Positions 48,401 to 56,977 of a stretch of DNA of 64,000 nucleotides are shown here, piece by piece. The stretch lies in IMG/VR virus record IMGVR_UViG_3300027792_000011; one strand, written 5' to 3'. Within the stretch, counting starts at the first letter, position 1, and each line of letters begins with the position of its first letter. This stretch comes from a virus. The notes beneath the pieces are model-generated. The model was not told the origin of the DNA. It worked only from the letters and a program-made list of their open reading frames with translations, and did no database searches. The translations under genes were made by a program, and so were the position numbers.

Positions 48401-49983
48401 CGTACAACATCCGTGTAGGATCACAGATCATACTCGGTCTACCATTTGCAGAAAAGGCAGGTACGGTAGTAGACATCCAGGATCCGTTTGATGGAACAAG
48501 ATCTAGGATACTGATTCAAGACAGCGACAGTGATCTGATAGTGAGATCGTACTTCCTCCCAACAGTTGTTGGGATAGAAGAAAACCCAGCAACAGGACTT
48601 CCGTATGCTCCCGGCGATTCCATCACTCGATTTGCTCCACTCTCTAAGGGCGTTGACGTTGTAGACTACATTAGTGATCCAGAGTGGTTCAAGCCGTATG
48701 TAGGGTCAGGAGATTTCTACGAGGCGCAGAAAGTGCACAGCTTCGGAGTGATTGTGGACTCCGACGTGTACAATCTGACAAACCTAACATTCTTGATCGA
48801 CTATATTCGTGGCTCGTGGGCTCGAGATGTAGTTCAGAACAAGCCTCCGTACACTTGGCCGCTGTTTGCCGTAGTCAAAAGGCTCTACGACACTATTGAT
48901 GTGGCGGATCCAATGCAGTTCGGTCCCAGTCCTCCTCCGCTACCATATGTCTACCCGGAAGAGTGGCCCGACTACCCAATAGCTTTGACGTGGGGCGACT
49001 CTCCCTACGAAGTGATAAGGGGAGTGGGGGCGCTGTATGGTGCAGACAAGAAGTTCCATGAACCTCCGCTATCACCGTCCAATACCAGGCACGGAACTCG
49101 GTATGAGGTGCTCTCTTCCGGAACTGGCGTGTTTGTAGGCCAAGGCGGGAAAGTAGCTATCTGGAACGCAGATACCGGTGTCTGGTCGTTCCTTCCTATA
49201 GTACCGGGAGAGCCACAACGTACAGAGTTTGGCGGCCTACATCTATCCGATGTACCTGCTCGGATACCCGATGGCTGGTCGGGTTCGTGGTCTACTGGAG
49301 AGCCCGGAACCCATTCACCAACGAGGGCCGAGGGCACATTCAAGGTAGATGAGCGGAATACAAGTGGGCACGTCATCCACCACGTAGATGAACCTCTGCT
49401 GGCCGTCAACATCTTGACGGATGGCGACATGGAGGATGGGATTGACCCAGGACCAGGACGTCCATGGACGCTGTACGGAACACCAACTGCAGCTACAAAG
49501 ATGAATGAACCTCCTGGTAAGGTTCATTCAGGAACGTTCAGTACCTGGATATCCTCTGGTGATCCGTATGAGGGGATAGTGCAGAGCTTTCCTGCTGTGG
49601 TCCCGACCGGGTTCCAGATTGGTGCCAGGGGAAGTCTGTACGTGGTCACCGGTGTTGCCCTCATTCGCCTTATTGATCAGAATGGTATTACCGTTCTAGC
49701 TGAGATCAAACGCAACTTCCCGTCCGCTACGTGGATCGATTTCACCATACACGCATGGGAGGTCAGTAGATCGTTAGTAACACCGGTACCGCCGCAGATT
49801 CAGATCTTGACAGGACCAGCTGGAGCAGAGTTCTATGTTGATGACGTGTCTGCATACCAGATCGTAATGCCATGGAGTCAATGGGGGGTTGATAGATCGA
49901 TCATGGGAAGAACAGGTGGCTACACGTTTGGAGGGTCACCGGACGAGTACTGGGAGTTCAAAGCGTATGCTCCACTGCCTTAG
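45409..49983 (+). CDS. Large baseplate wedge/tail protein with PKD, three DUF2793-like modules and a CBM-like C-terminus
   Basis: PVAVPGPDQ...DGRSSYDPEG; PP..P.DGD.Y.VG...G.W repeats; NILTDGDME. Confidence 0.65.
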   Translation: MTTPPLAVYGLFTYGGSFYGYLSGFPVSDDFRVYDFCYPVEAVMGLLFAYPEVTAARFGLPWNWFDPSFSFCMFSDDGADSGFRIDLSVPQPYYTIQFSVEPISLPQDFSNLASSRVFIGVFNQFGKMGGLLISENEGIALAQSGTGPYVTLPDSADIFAEGDDYYVFRFTINEATGKGNLYVTAKAVLLATGVHQLRYTFSLLDCLAGETDNFRVEVRGTVADPSEIHLGCIRMDDREKIPNQRPVAVPGPDQAELIGGYASFDGRSSYDPEGQPLKFWWSVVEAPDGTAYRLRVVGSTPTDPTGHTNVVLCPAGPPAEPFSGILEGDIFVNEDGFSQIMYVDPGGDYFVLTDDILTASTSIEGYVAKQSIWGGARLPTVVQDVLDVLDIPPPLPTDGDTYLVGTAPIGLWIGRAGYLAAWSSSGGVWLFTLPSFDSVVYIIARFECYRHAGAGLWYESAPKGWELDYWEGRTAPIGVVLVDALRLYVINLLVNDGEIDSLPAEVLLNSYETSVMYGLTPDLSFVWGFISDFWKLVDGREKAETIWSGLAQVYSDLLMRLWQYDYSKSIMDIQRLFQVRWIDYSLVYEESNYEELPATIESAIDSSSYSIVPGVVGRSYDLGVTVANVSDQHYLVLDGIPYKIIRVEQGATTTVTTSVAMPYDDVLGVETVPPGSPDDGDSYMVGIGAGGAWLALDGQIATWDDGSSSWEISASTRPKAWMIRASVTSRFSNFSDLRVSSGDTATFEVRLSDSVTYVECYIYAVRGGVLVFDQTNIASYLADDSYTVRFKSVLRRHQMQVDSLVKAVPRLQETIAINRVSGAAAPYLENRDYRIEEITTIENNEVNTIQFYNLWYPSVLRGFAGFTTAPDHNYFYDNTVDFETAFGVDADLSEYVIEIEGGSIHRLSSVVSATQVELFDPELELGLSGKKWWIRQCYLPPATLWAEITFLNNNPLIEANFGYLVGFGLDHLAARTDNLDYLSATQGLWYFKWHGRTPYNIRVGSQIILGLPFAEKAGTVVDIQDPFDGTRSRILIQDSDSDLIVRSYFLPTVVGIEENPATGLPYAPGDSITRFAPLSKGVDVVDYISDPEWFKPYVGSGDFYEAQKVHSFGVIVDSDVYNLTNLTFLIDYIRGSWARDVVQNKPPYTWPLFAVVKRLYDTIDVADPMQFGPSPPPLPYVYPEEWPDYPIALTWGDSPYEVIRGVGALYGADKKFHEPPLSPSNTRHGTRYEVLSSGTGVFVGQGGKVAIWNADTGVWSFLPIVPGEPQRTEFGGLHLSDVPARIPDGWSGSWSTGEPGTHSPTRAEGTFKVDERNTSGHVIHHVDEPLLAVNILTDGDMEDGIDPGPGRPWTLYGTPTAATKMNEPPGKVHSGTFSTWISSGDPYEGIVQSFPAVVPTGFQIGARGSLYVVTGVALIRLIDQNGITVLAEIKRNFPSATWIDFTIHAWEVSRSLVTPVPPQIQILTGPAGAEFYVDDVSAYQIVMPWSQWGVDRSIMGRTGGYTFGGSPDEYWEFKAYAPLP

Positions 49984-49992
49984 GAGGTCGCG

Positions 49993-50301
49993 TTGTTCTA
50001 CATCGAGATTGATGACAAGGTCGGTTTCATATTCCCGGTTGATGCTGCCAGCGTAGAAGATGACGAGCAGATACTGTCCGGACCAGCTCCAGCAGCGCCA
50101 CCAGCTCCTGGAGTTGATCCGTGGAATGGTCCCTACGGTCATCCAGTGACAGAGTGGACAACCGCAAATGGCTATCCAGCAGTAGGCTTTGGTGGAGCTC
50201 CAGGTTACAGTCTAGCCCCACCAAAGTCCTGGAAGGTAGATGTTCCTCTTCCAGATGGCTGGTATACTCGGATTTCAAGAAGGGACAAATACTCCCGATG
50301 A
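49993..50301 (+). CDS. Hypothetical protein
   Basis: AGGAGG RBS before TTG. Confidence 0.6.
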   Translation: MFYIEIDDKVGFIFPVDAASVEDDEQILSGPAPAAPPAPGVDPWNGPYGHPVTEWTTANGYPAVGFGGAPGYSLAPPKSWKVDVPLPDGWYTRISRRDKYSR

Positions 50302-51056
50302 GTAAGACCCGATCGACGTTCAAGGATGATGTTCGCGTCCATGAGAACTTCAACATCAGGATGCATAAGCCTGGTGGAGGGGATGATCAGTGGCGTGGAG
50401 GTGGGGGAGATGGCGCTCCTCCAATCAAGGTGTTCTCCAACGTCAGTCTCAGACTACGTGATCCAAAGAGCAATCAGGTAGTGGATGAGCGAGAAGATCA
50501 TAACATCTTCCTCAACTACGGAAGAGATTGGCTAGCTCGACTCATTGGGTTGGATACGGGCGGCTCTCCTTTCCGAAGTGATCGAGTCAAGCTTGTTGCT
50601 TTTGGGATCGGCGGCACTGCTCAGCTTGTTCCATCAGCGGACATCCGTCTCCAGTATCCTGGATTCCCAAATGATTGGGTAGGTGGCGCCGGAACTGGCG
50701 ATCCTACTCAGACCCAGATAGATCCTGATGTGACTGCATTGGAGTGGCCGGTCGAAGTGGTAGTCACTGACTACTACGATCTGATCAGCCAGCCCAATAC
50801 GTTTCCTGGATCAACAGGTGTCATACGCTTCACGTCTGTTCTCGGTCTTACGGAGATAAGCTTCGGCGCTCACCCAAGCGTTCCTCTCTCCGAGATAGGT
50901 CTATTCACTGAAGGGGTGGTAGACGAATCGATTCCACCGGTAGTATCTGCTGGGCTTCCAGCTGATAAGTATATGATCGCGTACCATACTTTTGACACGC
51001 TCTCCAAGACGACTTCTTTTGTCCTAGAAGTTGATTGGGAGATCAGGTTCTCATAG
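50298..51056 (+). CDS. Baseplate/tail-fibre attachment protein
   Basis: HNIFLNYGRDWLA...FGIGG...LSEIGLF...F.TLSKT.SF.LEV.W; start 50298 by ATGA overlap. Confidence 0.65.
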   Translation: MSKTRSTFKDDVRVHENFNIRMHKPGGGDDQWRGGGGDGAPPIKVFSNVSLRLRDPKSNQVVDEREDHNIFLNYGRDWLARLIGLDTGGSPFRSDRVKLVAFGIGGTAQLVPSADIRLQYPGFPNDWVGGAGTGDPTQTQIDPDVTALEWPVEVVVTDYYDLISQPNTFPGSTGVIRFTSVLGLTEISFGAHPSVPLSEIGLFTEGVVDESIPPVVSAGLPADKYMIAYHTFDTLSKTTSFVLEVDWEIRFS

Positions 51057-51065
51057 GAGTGAAGG

Positions 51066-53744
51066 ATGACTCTTCCACATCGTATCAACATCACAAGCGG
51101 TGGAACTGGTGCTGATCCTGGCGAAATGTTTTTTGGTTGTCAGGTAGACCGTATCGACGGCCCTCCTGGTACAGGATCCCGCGCCTTTTCTCCTGGTGAG
51201 GACGCGCTCTCCAAGAACTTCAACCGTTCGGCATTCGCCCTCGCTGAGAACGATGAGTATCTCGGAGACATCGTAGTCAAACGAGAGCTGGCGTACAAAG
51301 AAGTGGGTGTGCTTGCAGCCTTCAGTGCGAACAACATCAAGATAGATCCAAGTGGTGCTTCGCTGGGAAACGTGAACTACACGGGCAGCCTCTACCTTGG
51401 GGAAGCTGGGTGGCCGGCATCTCAAGAGAACCTCGACAGCCTCTTCCAGCTCTTGGACGAGAACTACAACGAGGTGATCGTTGATGGCGTGGAAGTGAAG
51501 ATCACTTCGATCCAAGCTCCACGAGCAGTGGGGGACGAGTTCGTCACCACAATCACCCAGCTCAATCTCAACAAGACCGTACCATCAGCGAACTATAGGA
51601 TCGCCTACGGCAGAGGGACTACGCTCGAGAACATTCCCGCCTACTCTTTGATAGGAGCAGACATCCGTGGTCTGCATGAAGCAGCGGGCGAGACGAACCG
51701 CAAAGCGTTCGTGGTGTGTACTCCTGCCGGTGGAACTGGCGACTTTGCGGGTGCTGATGCCGTTCTCAATGCACTAGCAGCGTACCCATCTGGGGATGTG
51801 GTGATCTTCATCAGAAACGGCAGCTACAACATAGCCAATGCTGGGATCACAGCAGTTCCAAGAGGAGTGACGCTGGTCGGAGAGGCGGTTTCTGGTCCTG
51901 GAGTTGCGAACGGGGTCATTCTACTTCTCAATGGTGCTGGTGGAATTGTACTCCTGGGAGCCGATAGCCACATCGAGAAGATCCAGTTCAGGGCGGCCAC
52001 ACCTGATGGGACACAAATCCTTGCCGTGTTCAACGCCAACTGCTCACTGAGAAACGCATCGATTGATCAGTTGAAGTTGTCCGTTTCTGGAGACTGGAGC
52101 ACGATCGAAAACGTCAGGATCCTACCATACGACGTTGCGATCGAAGCTGATCAGTCCAATCACAGCAAGTTCAAGAACATCGAAGTCTCAGAGCCGGCTG
52201 TAGATACCGCGAGTGAGCTGGTCCTGTTCAGTGGAAACACTGAAGGACTCGTAGTCACTGATCTGAATGTGACCATCACTACGGCTGGATTCAGTGTAGG
52301 AGGGATCACACTATCTGGAGCGGCCACCTACTTTCAGAGAACTCGATTCGATAACTGCTACGTGCAGTCTCAAGATGGCATTGCGCTGTCCATTATCGGC
52401 AAGTGTTGGGGAGTGTCTTTTGAGGACTGCGCGTTTTACAGCGATAGAACGATCGTAGACACTGGATCAACAGTGTACGATCTGGATATCAGTTTCAGAA
52501 ACTGCTACTTCGACAATCAAGGATCGGCCTGGTACAGAACGCACGCAGCTCGATTGATGAGCACGACCCCGTCTGGCGGATTCACCAGCACAGGTGGTGT
52601 TGTTCTGGAGAACTGCCACTTCTCCGATTCATATTGTACTGGAAATACTGATCCCGCTGATCCGGGTGGAGTGCCAACTGCTGGTGTAGCATTTCCTGTA
52701 CTAGAGTTTTCAGGTGTCAGTGGCAGGAACGTTTCCTTTCAGCGAACTCTGCTTGCTTACAACGTTGAAGACTCCCCGTGGATGAGTTTGAGTAACTGCA
52801 GGATCAATGGAGTAACCCTCAATGCTTCAGGCGGAACGTTCACCCCATTCAGCTATGCAGGCTATAGTGATGGGATCATCGAAGTACTGGGGCAGAGTTT
52901 CATAACTGATCTGAGATACGTAAATGCTCTGAAGGATGAAGTTCACAGATCAGTAGTCTTTGTCCACAACACTGCTGACTATACCAGCACGACTGATGTA
53001 GCCACTGATCTCCCGGCAGTGATAGACGGCCTGCACATCGCATTCGATGATGGTAGCGCTTACTTCAATAGTGAGACACCAGCCCCGTATGAACACGGCA
53101 TGCTGCTTACGATGGATGGTAATGCCATAGTTCGTCGATTTGTGATGAACAATGACGTGAAATTCCAAGTGAAGACCACCATGGTCACAAACTATACCAA
53201 TGTTCTGATTCTGCTAAAGGGTCGATATAACACTTTCGAGGACTTTCAGATCTATTTGAAGGCTGTTGATCAGGGTACTGTGTCTCGAGTCATTGTGATC
53301 GGTTCTGCGGATAATGATCACCAGAACATCGTGCAGAACGGCAAGATTCACATAGAGCATACCGTGGTGGATGCACTGAAGTACCCAATACACGCGATCA
53401 GTGCGTTGTACGGTTCTGGTGTGATCGTCAACGGTGTAACTGTATATATGACAACGCCAGATACTGATATGCGTGCTATCTATATCAATTCGTTCTTTTC
53501 CAGGGTGGTCAACTGTCATGTGGACATTGATGGCGATTGCGCGACTGAGAGCGGACTGATCGCCTTTGATAGCGACGGCATAAACGGCCCAGCAGAGACT
53601 TGCACGTGCATAGGGAACATCATGCGAGCACGTACACTACTAGCCGGCCCACCAACTATAGTCGTTGGTGGCGGTGGCACTCTTGGTGCAGATGTTGGAA
53701 ATGTTCTGATCAAACAGACTACTCCCGCCTATCCTACTGAGTAG
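51066..53744 (+). CDS. Tail fibre/tailspike with right-handed beta-helix (possible depolymerase)
   Basis: IFIRNGSY, GVTLVGE and repeated F.NC.F motifs. Confidence 0.75.
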   Translation: MTLPHRINITSGGTGADPGEMFFGCQVDRIDGPPGTGSRAFSPGEDALSKNFNRSAFALAENDEYLGDIVVKRELAYKEVGVLAAFSANNIKIDPSGASLGNVNYTGSLYLGEAGWPASQENLDSLFQLLDENYNEVIVDGVEVKITSIQAPRAVGDEFVTTITQLNLNKTVPSANYRIAYGRGTTLENIPAYSLIGADIRGLHEAAGETNRKAFVVCTPAGGTGDFAGADAVLNALAAYPSGDVVIFIRNGSYNIANAGITAVPRGVTLVGEAVSGPGVANGVILLLNGAGGIVLLGADSHIEKIQFRAATPDGTQILAVFNANCSLRNASIDQLKLSVSGDWSTIENVRILPYDVAIEADQSNHSKFKNIEVSEPAVDTASELVLFSGNTEGLVVTDLNVTITTAGFSVGGITLSGAATYFQRTRFDNCYVQSQDGIALSIIGKCWGVSFEDCAFYSDRTIVDTGSTVYDLDISFRNCYFDNQGSAWYRTHAARLMSTTPSGGFTSTGGVVLENCHFSDSYCTGNTDPADPGGVPTAGVAFPVLEFSGVSGRNVSFQRTLLAYNVEDSPWMSLSNCRINGVTLNASGGTFTPFSYAGYSDGIIEVLGQSFITDLRYVNALKDEVHRSVVFVHNTADYTSTTDVATDLPAVIDGLHIAFDDGSAYFNSETPAPYEHGMLLTMDGNAIVRRFVMNNDVKFQVKTTMVTNYTNVLILLKGRYNTFEDFQIYLKAVDQGTVSRVIVIGSADNDHQNIVQNGKIHIEHTVVDALKYPIHAISALYGSGVIVNGVTVYMTTPDTDMRAIYINSFFSRVVNCHVDIDGDCATESGLIAFDSDGINGPAETCTCIGNIMRARTLLAGPPTIVVGGGGTLGADVGNVLIKQTTPAYPTE

Positions 53745-53780
53745 CTTCCGCGTGATACCATCCACTAAGGAGGTTCACTC

Positions 53781-54200
53781 ATGGATGAGATCATTATTAT
53801 CTTCCTAAGCTGGCAGTTCCTTCTGGTTACGTTTGCCATCTACCTCATGTTCGGTCTGTTCAATGGGATCAGAGAATGGGAAGGGATTGGTCACTACCTA
53901 TGGATCTTGGGTGGTAGACCAAGTCTGAGATGGCTACGGAAGCTCTTGAAGCTCATGGAAGCGCTCAAGGTTCCGATGCTAGCTCTCATGGGATTCGGTC
54001 TCGGTTGGTTACCAGGTATGCCGAGACCTACTCCATTAGAGAGCAGTTCCACACTGACGTTGGCTATCCTGTACGCCATTGCCGGTATCTTCTCCATGTT
54101 CATAGTCAAAGCGATCAGAAAAGCTCTTGAGGCTAGAGGAATTGACATCGATCTGGATATGCAGCCAAAGACGCAGATCGGTAAGAGGAAGTTCTCGTGA
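53781..54200 (+). CDS. Holin-like membrane protein (3 TM)
   Basis: Three hydrophobic segments and a basic C-terminus; TAAGGAGG RBS. Confidence 0.55.
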   Translation: MDEIIIIFLSWQFLLVTFAIYLMFGLFNGIREWEGIGHYLWILGGRPSLRWLRKLLKLMEALKVPMLALMGFGLGWLPGMPRPTPLESSSTLTLAILYAIAGIFSMFIVKAIRKALEARGIDIDLDMQPKTQIGKRKFS

Positions 54201-54637
54201 TCAACAGGATGACAATCGAGTCGTTTCGTGACGAGCTGTGCAAGATCGCAGAGGGAGACGCAGTACCACTTGTAAGGTGGCTCCCAAAGGATCCAGATAA
54301 AGCATTGCATCGTATACGGAATCACATAGACCGATCGACTAAAGAGATCTTAGGTCACAAGAACGTTGCTGTGAGAGCCAAGAAGCTTGGAGACCTAGAG
54401 CAGCTTGGTTTCAAAAAGACTAGGATGTCTGTACCACTGCCGGGAGAACGTATGGGAACGCACTCTTGGAGAAAAGGCGATCTCCATGCTCATCTTCTTG
54501 GCGAGCACTACTTGATGCATAGAGACAGAACAGAGCCAAAGGGAGTACTAAGATCAGCTATTCACGTCGTCAAAGAGGGTATTCCAGCAGCGGTACGTCG
54601 GATCAGGAATAGGAAAGAGATAGAGGTATCCAGATGA
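54197..54637 (+). CDS. Basic protein with F.DEL.KIA leader
   Basis: SFRDELCKIA at the N-terminus. Confidence 0.65.
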   Translation: MINRMTIESFRDELCKIAEGDAVPLVRWLPKDPDKALHRIRNHIDRSTKEILGHKNVAVRAKKLGDLEQLGFKKTRMSVPLPGERMGTHSWRKGDLHAHLLGEHYLMHRDRTEPKGVLRSAIHVVKEGIPAAVRRIRNRKEIEVSR

Positions 54638-54963
54638 TCATATTCTTGAAGTGGGCGTACTACTGGTCCAAAAGAAACTGGAAGTGGATTCTCTTTCCTA
54701 TTGGAGCGGCAATAACTCTTGCCGGATACATCGCTGGCAGATCAAAGAAGTTGGTACTGGTTGCTCCAGATCTTGGTGATGCTGGTGAAACAGCAATCGA
54801 TGCTACCGTAGCAGCTGGTGAAGAACGTGATCGGAAGTTAGAAGAGCTGAGAGAGAAGAATCAAGCACGCCTTGAGACATTGAATATTGAGCAACAGAAA
54901 GAGCTTGAAGGGTTGAAAGACAAGTCGCTAGAAGAGGTGGTAGCATGGTTCGACAAGATCTAG
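54634..54963 (+). CDS. Membrane-anchored coiled-coil protein (i-spanin-like)
   Basis: N-terminal TM followed by a coiled coil. Confidence 0.5.
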   Translation: MIIFLKWAYYWSKRNWKWILFPIGAAITLAGYIAGRSKKLVLVAPDLGDAGETAIDATVAAGEERDRKLEELREKNQARLETLNIEQQKELEGLKDKSLEEVVAWFDKI

Positions 54964-55490
54964 TAGTTCTCTTCGTAGTCTTGTCCCTTCTGATTTCCAC
55001 AACAGCTTCAGCGGAGGAAGCGATATGCGGTCCTCAAGACTATGCCAGCAGCTCTCAGCCCAACTTCGAGTGCCCCAGCCCTGGTGAAGCAGAAATGGTT
55101 CCTGATCTACATCCTCCAGCATCCATTCCAGTAGCAGCTAATGCACAAGTGAAGGCTGTGTGGGATGGAGCTCTCGTACATCGTGATCGTCTTGTAGAGG
55201 TCGGCCTTCGTGTTAGGGCCATACGCAGACTCCGGTGGGCTGATTCGCTTCGTATGGTTGCTGAGTACGCGGTCAATCTGGAGCATGTGCGTACGGTGAG
55301 CAGGATACAGCTAGAGCACATGTCGGCGCAGAGAGACGCCTACGAAGAGAGATGGCGAGCAGCTGAGGAACGTGTGCTCAGATCGGAACGATGGTGGCAT
55401 AATCCAGCCCTCTGGATAGGGGTTGGTATGGTAGTCGCTGGGTGCCTATTTGCGCTGGCTTCCTACGGCCTTTCAGCAGTCTCAGACTGA
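54945..55490 (+). CDS. Secreted coiled-coil protein with C-terminal TM (spanin-like)
   Basis: Signal peptide ending ASA, coiled coil, C-terminal TM. Confidence 0.5.
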   Translation: MVRQDLVVLFVVLSLLISTTASAEEAICGPQDYASSSQPNFECPSPGEAEMVPDLHPPASIPVAANAQVKAVWDGALVHRDRLVEVGLRVRAIRRLRWADSLRMVAEYAVNLEHVRTVSRIQLEHMSAQRDAYEERWRAAEERVLRSERWWHNPALWIGVGMVVAGCLFALASYGLSAVSD

Positions 55491-55502
55491 TCCATGACTA
55501 GG

Positions 55503-55613
55503 TAAGAAAGAAGACCCAGGAGAACACGAACCGCGACAGGGCATGGAACTGCGCGCGTCCGATCTCCTGGGTCTCAAGTTGGAAGAGAGAAAGGATTAGC
55601 TCCTCCACCTCAC
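55503..55613 (-). ncRNA. Candidate structured small RNA C
   Basis: Follows TGGTATAAG-N5-TGAGG; long stem GAGACCCAGGAGA/TCTCCTGGGTCTT plus U-rich tail; shares CAGGAGAYCGGAC with RNA A. Confidence 0.5.
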
Positions 55614-55617
55614 CATT

Positions 55618-55626
55618 CTTATACCA
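55618..55626 (-). promoter_or_regulatory. YGKTATAAG promoter
   Basis: TGGTATAAG. Confidence 0.6.
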
Positions 55627-55634
55627 CGAACGTA

Positions 55635-55844
55635 CTAGTAGTTCACGATCTCCCTAGCAGCGCGTATGAGGACAGTTCGTGCCCTTTCCAACGTTGTAAC
55701 GTTGTCCAGGCACAGTCCTACTAGCGTAGCAAGCTTCTTGATCTCTTCCAATGACATCTTTCTAAGATCCTCGTCAGTCAATTTGATGCAGGGATCACCG
55801 TCCTGAAAACGTTTGACGGTCCCGCCGTCTGACTTACGATCTCT
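55635..55844 (-). CDS. Unannotated coding frame (Rho-N/HeH-like); small gene or readthrough extension of 55845..56600
   Basis: 69 open codons in frame after TGA: ...LTDEDLRKMSLEEIKKLATLVGL... Confidence 0.5.
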   Translation of the reverse strand, partial: RDRKSDGGTVKRFQDGDPCIKLTDEDLRKMSLEEIKKLATLVGLCLDNVTTLERARTVLIRAAREIVNY

Positions 55845-56600
55845 TCAATCGTCTTTGTCGGTTCTACCGAGGCGCTTGTCCACAAAGGGCTTTGACCTCT
55901 CAAAGAGATCAGCAAATCCTTTGAGCGGTTCTGCGGTGCCCATCTTGAAGATCCGAGCCGTAGCCAGCTTCATGACCTCCTCGAATTGAACGCTGTCTTC
56001 GACGAACTTGAGGACGGCGTTGACCTTGTCGGAAACCTCTCCGATGGCGTTGCCCATGGAAACGAGAGCATCCAGAACGCTCTCCATCTTCGCCTCGAGG
56101 GCTGATGTATCAGATGATGCTTCTGGTTCGGCCTGCCTGGACTCTTCACGCTTGGCTCGTCGACCTTTGCGCGGAGCTTCAGCTTCGTGCTTCTCTACGC
56201 CGTCGTTCTCGTCTTCTGGAGTCTCCTCCGGCGGATCCTCACTTGGATCGGGTTCTGGATCTGACTCGACACCCTCGACGTCGTCGTCATCAAAGACTTT
56301 CGAGTATGGATCATCATCGTCTTCGTCTTTTTCTTTCACTTTCGAGCTACGCTTGGGGCTCTTTTCCTCCTTACGTGGCTCAGGGCTCTTGTCCTTGTCC
56401 AGGCTGAGAATGTTGATGTCGCCCTCATCGAACTTGGTCATGATGAGCTCGATCATACTGTCCTCGCCGGCGATTTCGGCTTCTCGTACCTCTTGCTGTG
56501 TATAGCCCGCAAGGTGCATGACGCGGCGCAGACGGTACTTGGCCATCTTCAGAATCACTTGTCTGAATGCCTCTCGCTCTTTGTTGTTACCCATTGTCAC
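55845..56600 (-). CDS. Acidic low-complexity protein
   Basis: D/E-rich linker; AAGGAG RBS. Confidence 0.7.
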   Translation of the reverse strand: MTMGNNKEREAFRQVILKMAKYRLRRVMHLAGYTQQEVREAEIAGEDSMIELIMTKFDEGDINILSLDKDKSPEPRKEEKSPKRSSKVKEKDEDDDDPYSKVFDDDDVEGVESDPEPDPSEDPPEETPEDENDGVEKHEAEAPRKGRRAKREESRQAEPEASSDTSALEAKMESVLDALVSMGNAIGEVSDKVNAVLKFVEDSVQFEEVMKLATARIFKMGTAEPLKGFADLFERSKPFVDKRLGRTDKDD

Positions 56601-56977
56601 TCTCCTTCCAATCTGGCTTTGTTAGCCATGTAGCAGACAAGAACCTCGGCATCATGATGCCGGAAACAGTTTCTGTGGCAGTGTGTGAGTAGTTGATCTC
56701 GAATCTTGTGGAGGTTCCTTTCCAGAAACTCCATCAATCTTCTCCGAGCTGGATCAAGTGGGTGTACAACTCGTTGTATCTCTCCACGCTCAAGGATCAT
56801 AGCCAATATGTTTCTAGGCATACCTCTGTGGGCTCTGACACCTATCAGATTGAGAATCTCGATCATCTCAGTCGAGTTCATCGCCTTCAAGTCTCGAGGG
56901 TCGATATTGATCCCGTTCTTACTGATCTCATCATCCCAGTCTACGGTATCCCAGTACCATTTCTTCTTCAGCCCCAT
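56597..56977 (-). CDS. Hypothetical protein with Cys/His cluster
   Basis: HCHRNCFRHH...C. Confidence 0.65.
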   Translation of the reverse strand: MGLKKKWYWDTVDWDDEISKNGINIDPRDLKAMNSTEMIEILNLIGVRAHRGMPRNILAMILERGEIQRVVHPLDPARRRLMEFLERNLHKIRDQLLTHCHRNCFRHHDAEVLVCYMANKARLEGE

